Assembly (NCBI RefSeq): GCF_006345805.1
Contig: NC_043003.1
Location: 107,632,001 to 107,696,000 of the forward strand
From: Octopus sinensis
Taxonomy: Eukaryota
Length of the DNA: 64,000 bases
Direction of reading: 5' to 3'
The position numbers were made by a program, and so were the translations under genes. Below, in pieces: positions 13,075 to 27,474 of the stretch (the first letter of the stretch is position 1; each line of letters begins with the position of its first letter). The notes beneath the pieces are model-generated. The model was not told the origin of the DNA. It made no database searches and saw only the letters and a list, made by a program, of their open reading frames with translations.

Positions 13075-13380
13075 AGGGTGTGTAGCTCGGAGACCAGGGA
13101 GTCTTTCTAGGCCGAGCCGCATTGAAAAGTCACAGTTTCGGTACTACTGACCTGTGATTAGAATGTCGCAAGAAAGAATCGCAAGATAGATTCTTCGGCA
13201 ACAGACCTGGCGGAAGACCAAGAACAAAGATGGTTGGATAATATTCATTTCTCCAGCTGGTCACGCTTGGGAATTCATCAGGAAAGTGAAATGACAGTAG
13301 CTTCTGACAGGAACCTATGAAGGAGGTGCTTGAGTACTCTACCTCCACCTCTTTTTCAGGAAGCAGAGAAGATGAATGAA
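13075..13380 (+). mobile_element. RTE-clade LINE 3' fragment
   Basis: Frameshifted peptide GNRPGGRPRT(RW)LDNI..WSRLGIHQESEMTVASDRNL*RRCLSTLPP, typical of the RTE C-terminus. Confidence 0.65.
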
Positions 13381-14619
13381 TAGAAATTAAAGTGCTTTAA
13401 CCATGAAACAAAACTTTCTCTTTCTCTCTCTCACAATATAATAAATGCAAAACGCATGCACACACAATAACCATTTCAGACGAAGTCATTGGACATTTTA
13501 AAAAGAATATTAAGGGTTTTGAGAGTTATTCATCTTGACAATCAATGCAACGCAATGTTAGTAACAGGATACAGGCCAATAGATATCTCCCATTTAGTTC
13601 AATCAGCATCGTATCCTTTAGACTCAGTCATATTCGCTTTTGGTCAGAATAATTCCAATAATTAGGAAAAAAACCGGAAAAATATATATAGGAAAAGAAA
13701 TGAAATAAAATCTCTTTTAAACACGCATACACACGCACACTCACGCATGCACAGGCGGACTTATAGAAACAGACAGACTCACACAAATAGGCACAACATA
13801 TACACACAGTTACGCACACACAGACACCGACAAATACACGTACACACACATGCAAATACAGACACTTTTACGCACTCATACACATCTACGCGCACACACA
13901 TACACATACATAGCTCACAGGTATAATCCAGCCACTGGCACAGAGTTCTCATTCAGTTTGGTTACAATGAATCAACACCTTTATACCATTATTACTTGGT
14001 TCCACTCTTTTACACTTTCATTGGCGAGGGATTAAGTTTGTAAATGTATCGATTTGAACAGAAATGAATGAGAAAAACTTTTAAACGCAATAAGGAGCCA
14101 CTCCAAACCCCAAACGCATAAATAAAGCAGAAAGAAAAGAATAAAAAAGAAAGAAAAATCGAAGGAAACAAAAAGTACTGTAAAGAATTCATAGACACTA
14201 TTTATAGAGAGTTTGTTGCAGTCGATTTTGAAATTCTTTCATAAACCAAATGTAAAGCTGTTTCTAAATCGAGACAAAGGAACTTTTTGCTATTTATGGG
14301 GAACAAAAAAAATCTTGTTGTTCTTAAGTAGATGTTTATTTTGGGAGGATGTTTTTAGTTTGGCATCGGTTTGGCTTTGTTTAGTATTGCAAAAGCTTTC
14401 CTGGAATGGTGTGTTTTGTTTTTGTTCCAAAAGCTATATAATGTTATATATTGTTAGGTTCTTCGTTTTAAAGACCAAAACACTCCAAATGTTGAGTGAT
14501 ATGAAGACTCCTCGGGTTGGACATTTTATGTTTTCTCCTATTTTATGTGGTAAGTTTAACTTAGTAGATTATCTCGGGTGGGGATAGATTTAACTTAGGA
14601 ACGGACATAACTGTGGATG

Positions 14620-14900
14620 AATGGTACTGAGAAGTAGACATTTAGTACTCAGTCACAAAAATCCTATCAAGGTTTCGAACCAAGTTTCAATGCGCAGTAC
14701 CTTGGGTGTCTTCGACTATTGCTGCGCGCCGACCAATGCTTTAGGAATGATAGATAGAAACCGTGAAGAACCCCATGTATGTATGTATGTATGTATGTAT
14801 GTATGTATGTATGTAGTATGTATGTATGTATGTATGTATGTATGTATGTCGTACGTACGTATGTATATAATAGCATCAGCGCCAAGCAGTGGTTAGGAAA
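14620..14900 (+). mobile_element. SINE family B, old copy with internal (TATG)n
   Basis: cttgggtgtcttcgactattgc..ccgaccaatgctt matches the family B motif cttgggcaagtgtcttctactatagcc..ccgaccaaagcc. Confidence 0.55.
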
Positions 14901-16061
14901 AGCGAACTTTAGATTACAGTCTAAATATGTTTGTAACATATTTTAACTTCTAAAAGCAAATTCACTGCAGTCATAGTGGAGTAAAAATTCTTTGTGTGGT
15001 AAAAGGCGTAAAAACACCATATCTGACCAATGCTTCCCTCTAGTGGATTACCAAACGCCTGTTTCTTGTTCCTTTGTCTTCCTCAGTGGGAAATACCGAA
15101 GAGTAACAATCCTGGGTAGATTCAAAGCCGTAGCTTTAACTAAAAACCAGTCAACATCAGTGACTGAGTTGCGATAGTGGACTGCTTAGTCGGAATAAAA
15201 TTAGCTGCATCAGCGTCAGTGATTAGGAATAAACGTACTTTAGGAGAGTTGAATAAATATTTGTAATAAAAATGCAATGATTAATTATATATGCGTCAGT
15301 GCCATAGCAGATAAGAACATTACCGCTTTTAGTTTAGAAATAAAGGCCCCAAGTTCGAATCTAGTCAAACACCAAAAACCTGTCTGTACCGGAAAATAAT
15401 ATAATGAACGGAGATCAAAACAACGTGGATGTAAATAACGTCGAATGTTTCACCTTTAGACATGAGATTACTGGAGCAAACATTATAATCCTGTAGCTTA
15501 TCTTGGACTACGTTATTAACTGTATCCTCCCTTCTTAAACCAGTAGGCTGGGGGTTGGTGGTGTTGGTGGGTTTAGGGTTGTTAGCTCTAACTGCATTGA
15601 GCGATCACATGAATGCTCCCTAATTTCACCGGTAAATCTTTTTGAGCTATCGAGAGAGGGTCTAGGCATCCCTTGGGTTGGTAGAAATAGTAAGTAAATC
15701 TCCCTTAACACATTCCTTACTATCATAAATAATAAAGACGAAAAGACAAAAACCTCATTATTTAATGTAACCTTAGACAACCTTAAAAAAATACACTATG
15801 GACGCGGCTGGAATGCTTTTGATTATAGGTCTACTTGATTTGGGTTGACTCGGGGCTAAACGATAACCGACATGAGTTTGTACGACACAAGTAGCACTGC
15901 GTTTTGTTTACGACCCTGTCTTCCTAGTAGCAAGCATAAAATAAAAAATATTTGATGCTATCCAATTTCTTAGGAACAGCTTTTGTTTCAAGTAACTTGG
16001 TTCTCTATCGGAGCTGAATTTCTAACTGCTTGTACTATATAGAACAACACAAACACAGTAC

Positions 16062-16111
16062 CTTCTAGCATAGATACAGATTGAATCATAAAGTGGCTTT
16101 GGCGAGAAGAG
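16062..16111 (-). CDS. Candidate host gene exon F (phase 2 to 1): xSSRQSHFMIQSVSMLE(G)
   Basis: Acceptor ttttattcacctctatcaaccgtag, donor AAG|gtactg. Phase fits exon E, and F-M-I..L-H spacing parallels F-L-I..F-H in repeat 1. Short exon, so chance is possible. Confidence 0.4.
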
Positions 16112-16551
16112 CTACGGTTGATAGAGGTGAATAAAATCCGGTTATAATTAACCCTTTGCATTAAACAACTTCACACACAATGTTTATTTTGAGTATGCTG
16201 TCGAAAACGATGTGAGATGATGACAAATGCAAAGGAATGGTATTACTTCATAAGAAGAATATCTAATTAATGTTCTCAACTGTTGTTCTTATTTAGTATT
16301 CAATCGTCAGTCTCTGTACAATACAAATACAAAAACAAAAAATCGCCTTCAGCTTAGCTGATTTCCCAATATCATGAAAGAGTGGTTAAGATAAGAATTA
16401 ATTTGGTCAGCAGCCAGCAACTCTAAGACTACAGCGCCTGAGTAACAACTTTAGGAAATTTATTATTCAATGAAATTGCCATACCGTAAAGAGAAGAAAA
16501 AGGAAACTTTCCGAAACTGACCTTTCGTCTTGAAGTAAAATTTTCTACCGA

Positions 16552-16703
16552 GAGCGCAGGCGTGGCTATGCGATAAGGTCTGCTTCCCAACCATAAAGTG
16601 TCGAGTTCAGACCCACTGCAAGTGTCTTCTACTATAGCCCCAGGCCAACCAAAGCCTTTTGAATAGATTTGGTAGACAGAAACTAAAAGACCAATGTGTG
16701 TGA

Positions 16704-16735
<32 letters not shown>

Positions 16736-16905
16736 TTGTCCTCCACCACCGCTTGACAACCCGTGTTGACTTGTTTACGTCCCCGTAACTTAACGGCTCT
16801 GCGAAAACAGAGACCGATATAATAAGTACCAGGCTTTTAAAAACAGGCACTGGGGTCGATTTGTTCTATTAAATCCTCTAAGGCAGTACCACAGCATGGT
16901 CGTAG
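16552..16905 (+). mobile_element. SINE family B (~350-400 bp tRNA-derived SINE with central (TG)n)
   Basis: gcgcaggcgtggct head; matches copies at 29385, 54958 and 58310. Confidence 0.88.
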
Positions 16906-17104
16906 TCTAAGACTACAGCGCCTGAGTAACAACATTTAGAAACAAGCAAACGATAAAAGGTAAAACATAAGAACATTAGGTCGCATTCTTCTCCCCCCCC
17001 CACTTGGTTTACGATCTTTACTGTGTAACTTTTGCCGACGCAGTCACATCATTAGCCCCTATGGACTCCGTTTGTTCATATAGCTGTTATTGTCTTATTA
17101 CAAA

Positions 17105-17375
17105 GTGATGATTCCCGGTCGCACGTTGTATCGTTAAGCAAGTCCCTTCATTTCACGTTGCTCCAGTTCACTCAGTTGGCAAAAATGAGTAGTACCTCTC
17201 TTTCAAAGGACCAGCCTTGTCACATTTTGTGTCATGCTGAATCTACATGAGAACTATGTTAAGAGTACGCGCGTCTGTGGAGTGCTCTGTTACGTGCACG
17301 TCAATTTCACGAGCAGGCTGTTCCGTTGATCGGATCAACTGGAACCTTCGTCGTAACCGATGGAATGCTACAACA
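17105..17375 (+). mobile_element. SINE family C (OR-like), 5'-eroded
   Basis: cttcatttcacgttgctccagttcactcagttggcaaaaatgagta matches the reverse complement of 55196-55353. Confidence 0.75.
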
Positions 17376-17376
17376 A

Positions 17377-17545
17377 GGCAGCGAGCTGGTAGAATCAGTA
17401 GAGCGTAGAAATAACGTTTTGTACTATTTTTTCCGGTTCTTTATGTTCTAAGTTCAATCCAAACCGAGATCAACTTTGCTTTTCATCCTTTTGGGATCGA
17501 AAAAAGTCAAGTACCAGTCAGGTACTGGAGTCGATGGAATCGACC
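17377..17545 (+). mobile_element. SINE family A, diverged
   Basis: ggcagcgagctggtagaatc head and ttttcatccttttgggatcga core. Confidence 0.75.
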
Positions 17546-20324
17546 GCCTCACTAACTCCGTTATGCGTTCGAGTATTACGCTTTTAGCAAGCTTTATTGA
17601 AGACATAACTGAATTTCTAGTAACTTAGTCTAAATGTTACGCATTCAGTAGTTTAATGATAGAAACTAAAAGACAAAGTGGAACTATTTAGCATAATGGG
17701 AAAATGGCGGGATAAAGATCTATAAATTCATGCATTAAAATAGAAATTAAGAGCGTTTATAAAACATGGAAATATATAGTAAAGAATCGCATTTGGAAGA
17801 ACTGTTTCCTCGTTAACTTGCGAGTCTAAATATCGACCGTTCGTATTCTGTTGCCGTTACTGCGTTGTTGAAGTTGCAGCAACAACTCCGCTTGTTCAAT
17901 CCACTTCGCTGTAAATAGGTAATCCTGTGAGTGGGGTAAGAAAACTGTATTACAAACGAATGTTTTGATAACTTGCACTCACCCATCTACGTCCTCAGCT
18001 TACGTTTATCCTCGATTTCTTGCGTGAAATAGAGAGCTAAACCTCCTCTACGATGAGGCACTAATCTCTTTCATGTAACATTTCTGCGGAAGGATCTGAA
18101 TTTGGCATTACAAACCAACAAAAATCAGCTATCATTCTTATAGTTGTAACCACCAGCTTCAGCGCTATGTTAGAGCATCCATGTGGTTGCTTAGTCTACT
18201 GAAGTTAACAACCCGAACTCATCAAACCCCAGCCTACTGGCTTAAGAACGAAGAATTCATTTAATGACGTAGTCCTAGATAAATTATATGATTATAATAG
18301 TTGCACTTTTAATTTCTTCTCTGGAGATGAAACATTCTAAGCTAGTTTTGATTTCAGTCATATTTTACGATACAGATAGGTACACTGTGTCTGAGGGGTT
18401 TCGAATTTGTAGCCTTTAGTTCTAAACTTGCAGTAGTATTATTTTTATCCACTATGGTACTGATGTGCGTGTATTTAATGATTGCATCCATATTTTCCGG
18501 TTGTTTAAATTGACTTTTCACTGAAGGCGGCTAAATAGAGCTGTCGATGATGGCAGTATATTATAGCTGTTTTTTGTGAAAAATGTATTTAAATCTAAAA
18601 ACGTAACATTAAATATACATGCATTAGTGGCATAGTAAAGAAAGAGTGTTGTAGCTCTTAGTTTATAAATAAAAAGTTTCTAGTATGTAAATATCTAGAA
18701 ATTGGACATTTGATGACGACTGCAGATAAAACCAATCGAAAAGTAGTGCGAATATTAAAAAAAAAAATGCTTCATTTCTTAAGTTTATAATCGTATGAGC
18801 AATAACTCCTCTTGGAGATTTAATCTAGATAAACTATGTCTGAAAAGGAAGGTCAAAAAAGCAACACCCTTTTTAGAACTAGATTGATTCGGTGGTGGAA
18901 AGTAAAATGTTTTGGCTATAGACATGATGTCGTGCCAGTGATGAAATATGGACTTTTAACTTGCTGTGCCTATTAAATCGAACATACATTCCCTTTATTT
19001 TGTAGTCCTCCCGTAATACCTTGCACTATGATTTTCGGATAAATCAACAAATCTCTACGTTTTAATTCGATCCGTTTGAAATAGCACCAAAATTTCCATA
19101 AATCACATCCTAGCTTCTTAAAAAATGGAAGGACACTTCGGAGTCTTTCCCTGAGAAACAGATGCTGTAGCGACAGTTAGAAAACCGATCATTGGTCTGT
19201 TCAATAGTGGCAGTTAGAAAACCAGTCATTGGTCTGTTCAATTAGGTGGGATGTAACACTAGTAACAACATTAAGGATATATCTGGAATAAAGCAGTCGT
19301 TAAGAACCATGACTTTGTTGTATGGGGCCTCACCGATTTCGTTATTATACAACCAACGGAAACGGATGTTCTTAAAGTACAAAGAAGGCAAGATAATGAG
19401 GACTGACAATATATAGTTGAAAGATTGTTCCATTCGTGTTCCGATGGCGATCGCACACAAAAGCTTAAAGATAAATGAAATAACAATTGGCGTCGAACGG
19501 AATATAATAGAATATCTTTGTCCAAAATGCAAAGCATCGAAGGACAAGGATATTGTGTTACAGCCTCCAGTCTCTCCAAAAATTGAGAATGAAATTGGGA
19601 CAACAGAAACTGTATGGAAGCTTCCCAGATAGATTGTACCTGTAATTCAAATACCCAACTTTCTCAATACTTTGAGATTTGGAGACAGCTTGCTTGTGCA
19701 AATGGTATCAGTTGAAAGGTCTTCATATCGATCGCCAGTAAGTTTCAGAGGCCATCAGGAGAGAATATGCACCGTTTCGAGGCCTTCCATTTGACGGCTT
19801 TTTAGTGCATCGCCCCTTTCATTGATATGAAGCTCCGCCTATTGGATTGACTAACTTATATCCGGTCTTTAATCCTTCATATCAGAATTTTCAGTATCAT
19901 TCAAATTGTGAAGTGACGCTGGTCTGACTTGCCATATATAGACAAACAGATACCTGCCTCATGCTTGAACATCACTTCTTCAAGTTTCATCATCTCTTTT
20001 TCAACCATTTCCAATAGTTAGCTCTCTTAACAGTTGACTTTTTTTTCTTTTACCAAGACGGTGTTTGCTTGATGATGATTGACAACCATTCAAATATCCA
20101 GATTTGTCACACACTGTATTCTCCTTACGCTGATTCTTCTTGAGATTTATGATAAGGCTAAACGTGTGTATTTGAAAGCTCCGTCACTTCACAGATTAGT
20201 TAAAAAAGTAGGTCCTTTAGTTGATCGATCTACTAAATACTCATCTTCGAAATCAATGGAGGATCGATGAATAAATTTTTTCTATATATTCATACCGGTC
20301 TATTCATATTCATATCAGTGTTGA

Positions 20325-20490
20325 GTTGTTTACGTCACTGTAACTTAGCGGTTCGGTATAAAAGACCAATAGAATAAGTACCAGGTTTTAAAAAAAAATC
20401 AAGCACTGGGGTCGCTTCGTTTGACTAAAGACCTTCAAAGCGGTGCCTCACCATGGCCACAGTCCAATGAGTGAAACAAGCAAACGATAA
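20325..20490 (+). mobile_element. SINE family B 3' half
   Basis: gtaacttagcggttcgg..aataagtaccagg..gcactggggtc. Confidence 0.75.
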
Positions 20491-20795
20491 AAGTTAACAG
20501 ATATTACAATAGTTTTTATTGAAAGAGGAACAGAAAGTTTTTCTCACCTAAAAAGAAACATATTTCCATCGCGACTCTCACAGTTCAATCGCACCACCGT
20601 GTTATTTAGCAATACCAGACCAATGTACTTCACATCAACCAAAAGTCGGCGGGCGATTTTCAAAGTATAGCGCCATTCACCACGAAGGTCTGTCGGGATT
20701 CGACATCCAGGGGCTGAAAATATACAGAACGAAAATAAGCTTCATTAGTATTCGCTTATGAATTATGCAATATGAATAATGTTATGATCTCTCCA

Positions 20796-21075
20796 GATAT
20801 TGAGAATGAAATTGGGACAACAGAAACTGTATGGAAGCTCGCCGCGGGTGTTAACATACGGCTGAATATCAGCTAAACTATTGAGTTCCAGTTTACTTGT
20901 AATTATTGGGGCACGGTGATATGTAACACACTGCCTAAATACCAATCTTGAGAAATTACGATTCTCAAAACCAGAAAGGAGAAAGCTGATTCGAAGGCTA
21001 TAGATCACTGGAACTGTAAAAATATGTAAAACTTTCCAAAAGTTTATCATTTAACTATATATGAGCATGGTAGAC
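20796..21075 (+). mobile_element. 3' fragment of a second RLE-type (R4-like) LINE family
   Basis: VTHCLNTNLEKLRFSKPERRKLIRRL..GTVKICKTFQKFII*, nearly the same as 52097-52462. Confidence 0.75.
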
Positions 21076-21076
21076 T

Positions 21077-21859
21077 TGCGAAGCTCCCTCTTGCAAAATT
21101 CACTTGTCTGTGACGAAAAATACTCCCTCAGTACTGTTCTGAGCTCATCTACGGAATTCATATTTTTTCCGTCCAAATGATTTTGAAGACTGCGGAATAA
21201 ATAATAATTAGATGGAGAAATGTCCGGCGAATATGTTGGATGGGACATCGTTTCCCATTCAAACTTCTCCAGCTTTTGGAATGTCTCCCTCGCTGTATGT
21301 GGCCGAGCATTATCCTGATAGAAGAACACCTTTCGTCTTGAAAACAAAGATGGTCGTTTTGCTTCTAGCGCTGACTTGAATGACTGAATGATCAAATCCA
21401 AGATTCTCTGTTAGTTCCTCAACAGTTACGATGGGATTTTGTTCAACCAAGGTTTGCAGGACGTCCTCGTCGAGCTCTATAGATCTTGCAGGACGAGGAT
21501 CGTCTTCTAGGCCGTACTTTCCAGCTCGGAATTTCTAGAGCCACCGTTGACACTGGCTTACACTTATTGTCCGATCCCATATACTGCATTATTGTTCCCC
21601 GCACTTTCCGTTGCATTGTTGCCTTTATTGAACTCAAAGAAAAATATATCGAATATGCTCCTTTGTCACTTCTATTATAGCTTTGAAAAAATAACTGTTA
21701 AAATCGAACTGCACTCTTCAAAACTTGCACTAAGTATAAGTATAAGGTAAAATTACTACCTGTTTTATAACAAGTTGATGCAAGTAGTTTATCCCGTCCC
21801 CCTCCAACTTTTAGTTCATGCAATTGAAAATACCGCATTATCTATGGGATGACCCAATA
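21077..21859 (-). mobile_element. Mariner (DD34D) internally deleted copy, 3'-truncated
   Basis: TIR TATTGGGTCATCCCATA at the right end; QDNARPHT..HPTYSPDISPSNYYLF; same family and same deletion as 43674-44527. Confidence 0.88.
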
Positions 21860-22176
21860 TATGGTGGCTGCCCCCTCGTTATTGAGTATGGCCATTGCAC
21901 GAAGCTTAATCAATGTTGTTATCGTGCAATGCCTGTGCAAGAAGATTTTTTTTAATGTGAGGAAAGGCTGTGCACTGAGTCAATACCACTCACTAAGCAA
22001 CAGCAGCCATAATCCGATCAAGAAGATCAAGTCAACATCATCGGTAACCACTGAGCCGCAGGTTTTATGTCGGAGTTATCCCAGTTACCTGAGTTACCTT
22101 CTCCTATAGGATGCCCTAACAAAGGCTAGGAGTCCTTCACTCCCAATGGTTTAACCGCGCGATCGGGTATTCAGTC

Positions 22177-22495
22177 CGATTATTTCTATGTGCCTTTAGT
22201 CGAGCAAATCGACCCCAGGATTTATTCTTTGTAAGCCTAGTGCTTATTCTATCGGTCTCTTGTTGCCGAACCGCTAAGTTACAGGGACGCAAACATACCA
22301 GCATCGGTTGTCAAGGGATGTTGGGAGGACAAACACACTTACACACACACACACACATACATACATATTACGACGGGCTTCTTTCAGTTTCCTTCTACCA
22401 AATTCACTCATAAGGTTTTGGTCAGCCCGAGGCTATAAGTAGAAGACACTTGCCCAAGGAGCCAGTAGAAGACACTTGCCGAAGGTGCCGCGCGA
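22177..22495 (-). mobile_element. SINE family B, 5'-truncated
   Basis: Reverse complement of the family B body; agaagacacttgcc duplicated locally. Confidence 0.85.
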
Positions 22496-25248
22496 GATTT
22501 GTTTCTTACACAGTCTCCTCCGATGTTTATTGTAATTAACTGCACTTACTTACTCGACCTATTTTCAACTATCGGCCATTCTGTTTTCATTTTTGGTTAA
22601 TCATTCTGTTTGCTACTTATATGTCCGATCATTTACACAGGCAGATAAATAAATTCGTTCATTATAGGCGTACATTTTGTATACTTATGCATAGGATAAC
22701 ACGTATATAAGTTAATTCATGTATTTGTATACAGCTACATATATAGATCAAACTCATATATAAATACGTTTTTGTATTCGTAACAACAGATGTGGAGAGA
22801 CTCAAACATACACCAAGAATAGCAAACATTGCACACACATACACACACACACACACACATACACACACACACACACACACATTTATATATGTATTTACAT
22901 ACATGCACACGCATAGACGCAGACCATGTTAATAATTTCACACTCAAACAAACCTACAAAAATCTATGCAGTGTAGCCATTTATGTTGTCTACTTTATAT
23001 TTCCATCCACACGTACACGTATTCATGTAGTCAACCATTGAATTTTGATAATAATTACCAATAGCCTTGCTTTCAGTACTCTCCATATTCTAGAATATCA
23101 AATAAGATGCTTGAATGGGAGAAAAGCGAGAATTCATTTAATATCTATGATTGGTTTTATAAAAGCTTCCAAGCACGATTTTATTTCCAGTCTGCTATTT
23201 TAAAGAAACATTTGTTACCTTATAAAATTTCATTTATATTTCCACAAACGAATTTTTTCGTATCTGTTTTATTTTGCTAATTTTCCTTTATGTATTGGGT
23301 GCCATATTTAAAACAATTTGCTTCTCTTTCTTTCCATTTTCGTTTTTAATTCTATGTTTATGTCTTTCGTTCAATAGTGTTTTATCTGTGAGACTATCGA
23401 TCAATCTTTTTATTTAGGAGTAAAATATTGATTTCGTATCGATTAATATTTTTTCTTGTAGTGGACAGTGGTATAATTAACTAAATCGATTACGAGCCAA
23501 ATAAAATAGATTCTACATGATTGCTTGACTTACTAGAAATAACAGTCAAATCTCCATTAAATCACGCTTTATAATCTTAAAAAAGGTAAGGCCACATTAG
23601 GTAAAGTAGCTACATTAACTAATCTCTGAAAAGATAAGATGGTTACGGATGGAATATTTTTGATCAAAGGCTTCGTTGATCTGGGGGGGGGGGTCTACAC
23701 AATAACAACAATTACAACTTGTATCATCGAAAACATTGCAAAGTGAAATCAGGTTGTCACTCGTCTTTTCTATTAAATCGCCATACCAATAAATTCCACC
23801 CATTCAACTTCTACGTGTGACCTAACTTCTACGTGTGCGTTTGAAGTGCTAAAATAAAGACTTAAATCTCCTGCCAATCACAACTTATTACCTTAAAAAG
23901 CAAAACTGGATGGAAGAGTACATTATATTATGCAGTACTAGACATCTCTGAGAAGGTGAAATGATCGCGGTGTGAGAGTGTTTTTCATTGGAGTACTCGC
24001 TTTGGATTGGTGAGAGCTTATATAACAAAAACAACAACAATGACAGCAACAACAGAACAAAACAACATCAAACAACAGTAACATCAACGATTACAGCAAC
24101 TACAACAACTGAATCAACCGATCTCGAAGTATTTCATAGATACTTTGTAAGTGCCACCCTATGACGAAGGAGGAAGAAACGACAAAACCGAACTTGGCAG
24201 GATTTGAAATCGAAACTTGAAAACTGTTTACTGTCTCGTTTGCTTATTGATGAGAAAAAAAAGGGTTTTTTACTTTGGTAGAGGATCACGAATTTGTAGG
24301 GGAGTATAGATAATCATCGATTTTAATTGATTCGACGTCATTACATGCCTGCCTTCGACTTCCGAAGGATAAAAGATAAATTCAATTCTGAGCAGAATTG
24401 GAATTTAATTTGTAAAGCGAATTAGTTAACAATCTAACATATCAAACTGAGAAAAAACAAAAAAAAACACAACTTAAGAACAAAAACCATAATTTTTATG
24501 AATTGTGAGTTTCATTATTTTCTTAAAGGAATTAGTGACACAAGATGCAGGAATTTGAATTAGGAATCGAAAACACATCGGTGGTTGGAGTCGACAGGAA
24601 CTTATCTCTTGTTCTATTGAGAGCACCACATTATTCTAAGTGGTGAAAGCTTACCACTGAGAGGGCAATTAATTGCTGGAATCGATATAATGACAGGGAA
24701 AAGTTTGCCTCTTTTCATTCTAAGGCTGAATCCCGCCATGTTACTTTTTAATCGTCTGTTATCGGTGAAATAAGTATCTATCAACTATAATAGACTGTGA
24801 TCTTTCTCTAAATTTCTGGCATTGCACATCTGTGAGAAACCTTCATTTAGGTGTCACACTTGTTAAAGAAGGAGGAAAGGATTTAGTCCAGTGAGTTAGA
24901 CGCAGTCTATTACTGGTATTTTTGTTTCATCGAAAAAGTTTTAACTTATAACATATAGTCTTAAGTACTATGAAGTCTAGTCATTGTTTATCTCCAACTC
25001 ATATCTGGTCATTTAAACCTACGTTAAAAAGCATTACAGCAGTAAAAATGGTGTCTCTTTGAATAACCGGAGGATTACACCGGCCAATATTTCTTAATAT
25101 ATTTAATCCTATAAGACTTAAATCAAAGATATGTAGGAACAACTTTTTGGGTCATTTCCATCTTGTTTAAGGGGAAGGGCTTCGTTTGATATAATAAAGA
25201 ACATTATCACACACACACATACACGCGCATACACATACGCAAAAGTAC

Positions 25249-25355
<107 letters not shown>

Positions 25356-25690
25356 ATTTTAAAAAAAATCTACTTTACTGGTTTCAGCCATAGGACAAAG
25401 GTCATACTGGGGCTTCACCTTCAAGAGGATTTAATTGATCATATAGAGTCCAGTACTTCAGTCTTGTGTACGTATTTGATCGATAACTAAATATTGATTG
25501 ATGAAGTTACTATCTGGCGTGAAGGGATGTAAGGTAATGCACCGTTTTAGCCTGTTATATATACGCACACATATACATATGTATACATACACTACAAACA
25601 CACGGACGCAGGCACATATATACATACATTCATAAATACACACCCACATGTATGTATGTATCTATGTATGTGTGCATGTGCGTATATGTG

Positions 25691-25740
<50 letters not shown>

Positions 25741-26299
25741 GCGTGCGCGAGGGTTTACTATGGAATATAGGACACCACATACTACCAATGTTTAGAACAT
25801 GTGTTCTTTTATATTTCGAAAGGTGCATCCGTGAAGAGAAATCGAATTAATTTAAGAAATATCTAGTTGTCCTCCGTCAAATTCACAACAGAAAGTATAC
25901 ATACATACATAAACACACAGACACACACACGCGCGGCCACTCCTTTTGAAAACAATTTTGACCGCACTACTTGATATGCCATCACAGACAACAGCTGAAA
26001 TTACTACTAGCAACGCCACAAAAATTAATGGAAATTATCATGTACTTTTACTGAAAAAGAAAAGTACACTATGAACGTTTATTCTTTTAATAATCTTTTT
26101 TCTCTACCTATTTCATTTAAGTACATATTTTTGATGAGGTTTGTAAACAACCGAAATATGTAAAACAAAAACGTTTTTTTAATGTATTTATATAAAGAAA
26201 TTTAAATGTACCTAATTTTAAAAAAGTAGCATTTTCGCTCCTCTTTTTCCGACCCCTCCCCTCCTTCAAACGAGCCCACAACCTACGAGTCCTGTTGGT

Positions 26300-27474
26300 C
26301 TATAGCTTCTTCCCTAACCCAACCTCCCAACCCAGCTCGTTCACCTGCTCCCGCCCACGCTGCCGCACTTACTCTTACCTCTCCAACACCACTGTCCTCA
26401 CAGGCACCCATCATCGACCCTATCATATTACTGACTCCTTCACCTGCACTTCTAGCAACGCCATCTACTGCATCTCCTGCTCTCTCTGTCCTCTATACAT
26501 CGGTCAAACGGGACGCTGCTTGGCTGACCGGTTCGTGGAACACCTCCAAGGCATCAGACTCGGCAAGGACACCCCGGTCTCGGCCCATTTCCGCTCTACT
26601 GGTCACTCTTTACAACACCTCTCTGTGTTCGGATTGTCCTTGCACAGAGGCTATCCGGACTCCCATCTTCGCCGTGAGCAAGGGTTAATCTTCTCTCTTC
26701 GCTCCTTTGCGCCACATGGGCACAACTCTCCTTCCCTCTCCCTCTAACCCTTCTCCTCTCTCTCCTCTTCCTCTCACACCTACTTCCTCCACCTACCTCT
26801 CCTCTCTTGCTCTGACACCTACTTCCTCTATTCCCTCCTACCCACCTTCTCCCTTCCACCCTCTCCCTTCATTGTCACCCCACCATCGTTACCCACCCCT
26901 ACACATTCCAACCTCACCATCCCTATACACCCCACCCACCTCTAACCCATCCCTTAGACCCCCACCCTTGCTTCCCCTACTTTCGCCTCCCCCACATACC
27001 CCAACACCACTACACCACACCACACACCACCACGTCACACCACCACACTACACACCACCACACCACACACCACCATACCACACCACACCAAATCACACCA
27101 CCCCGCACAGACTAGCACTGACTACTTCCCAGCATCCACACACCTACACATGCACACACGCACACGTCAAGGTCACCAGCCCCTTCCACACGCTCTCACA
27201 CACACACGCGCACCTTCATTTTGGATCACCACTAATTTACTATCTCCCCTTCTTCCTAGCTCCCCTGTGTGACCCCTCTGTCTGGTATTCGCCATGATAG
27301 ATCGCTAACCACTAAACCTTTTTCTATTTCCTCTTCCTGTTTATTTATGTGTTCTTTTCTGTTGAAGAGCGTAGGCTCGAAACGTAAAAGACTTTTTCAC
27401 TTCCCGAGCGTTAAACTAATACATCTGTTTGTTGTTTATACACCCATCTTCGTCTTTTGTTTTTTTGTAAATTC

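Noticed and set aside
13225-13295. CUGAUGA..GAAA hammerhead-like string on the minus strand
   Set aside because: Stem I cannot form after the AUC triplet, and it lies antisense in an RTE coding fragment.
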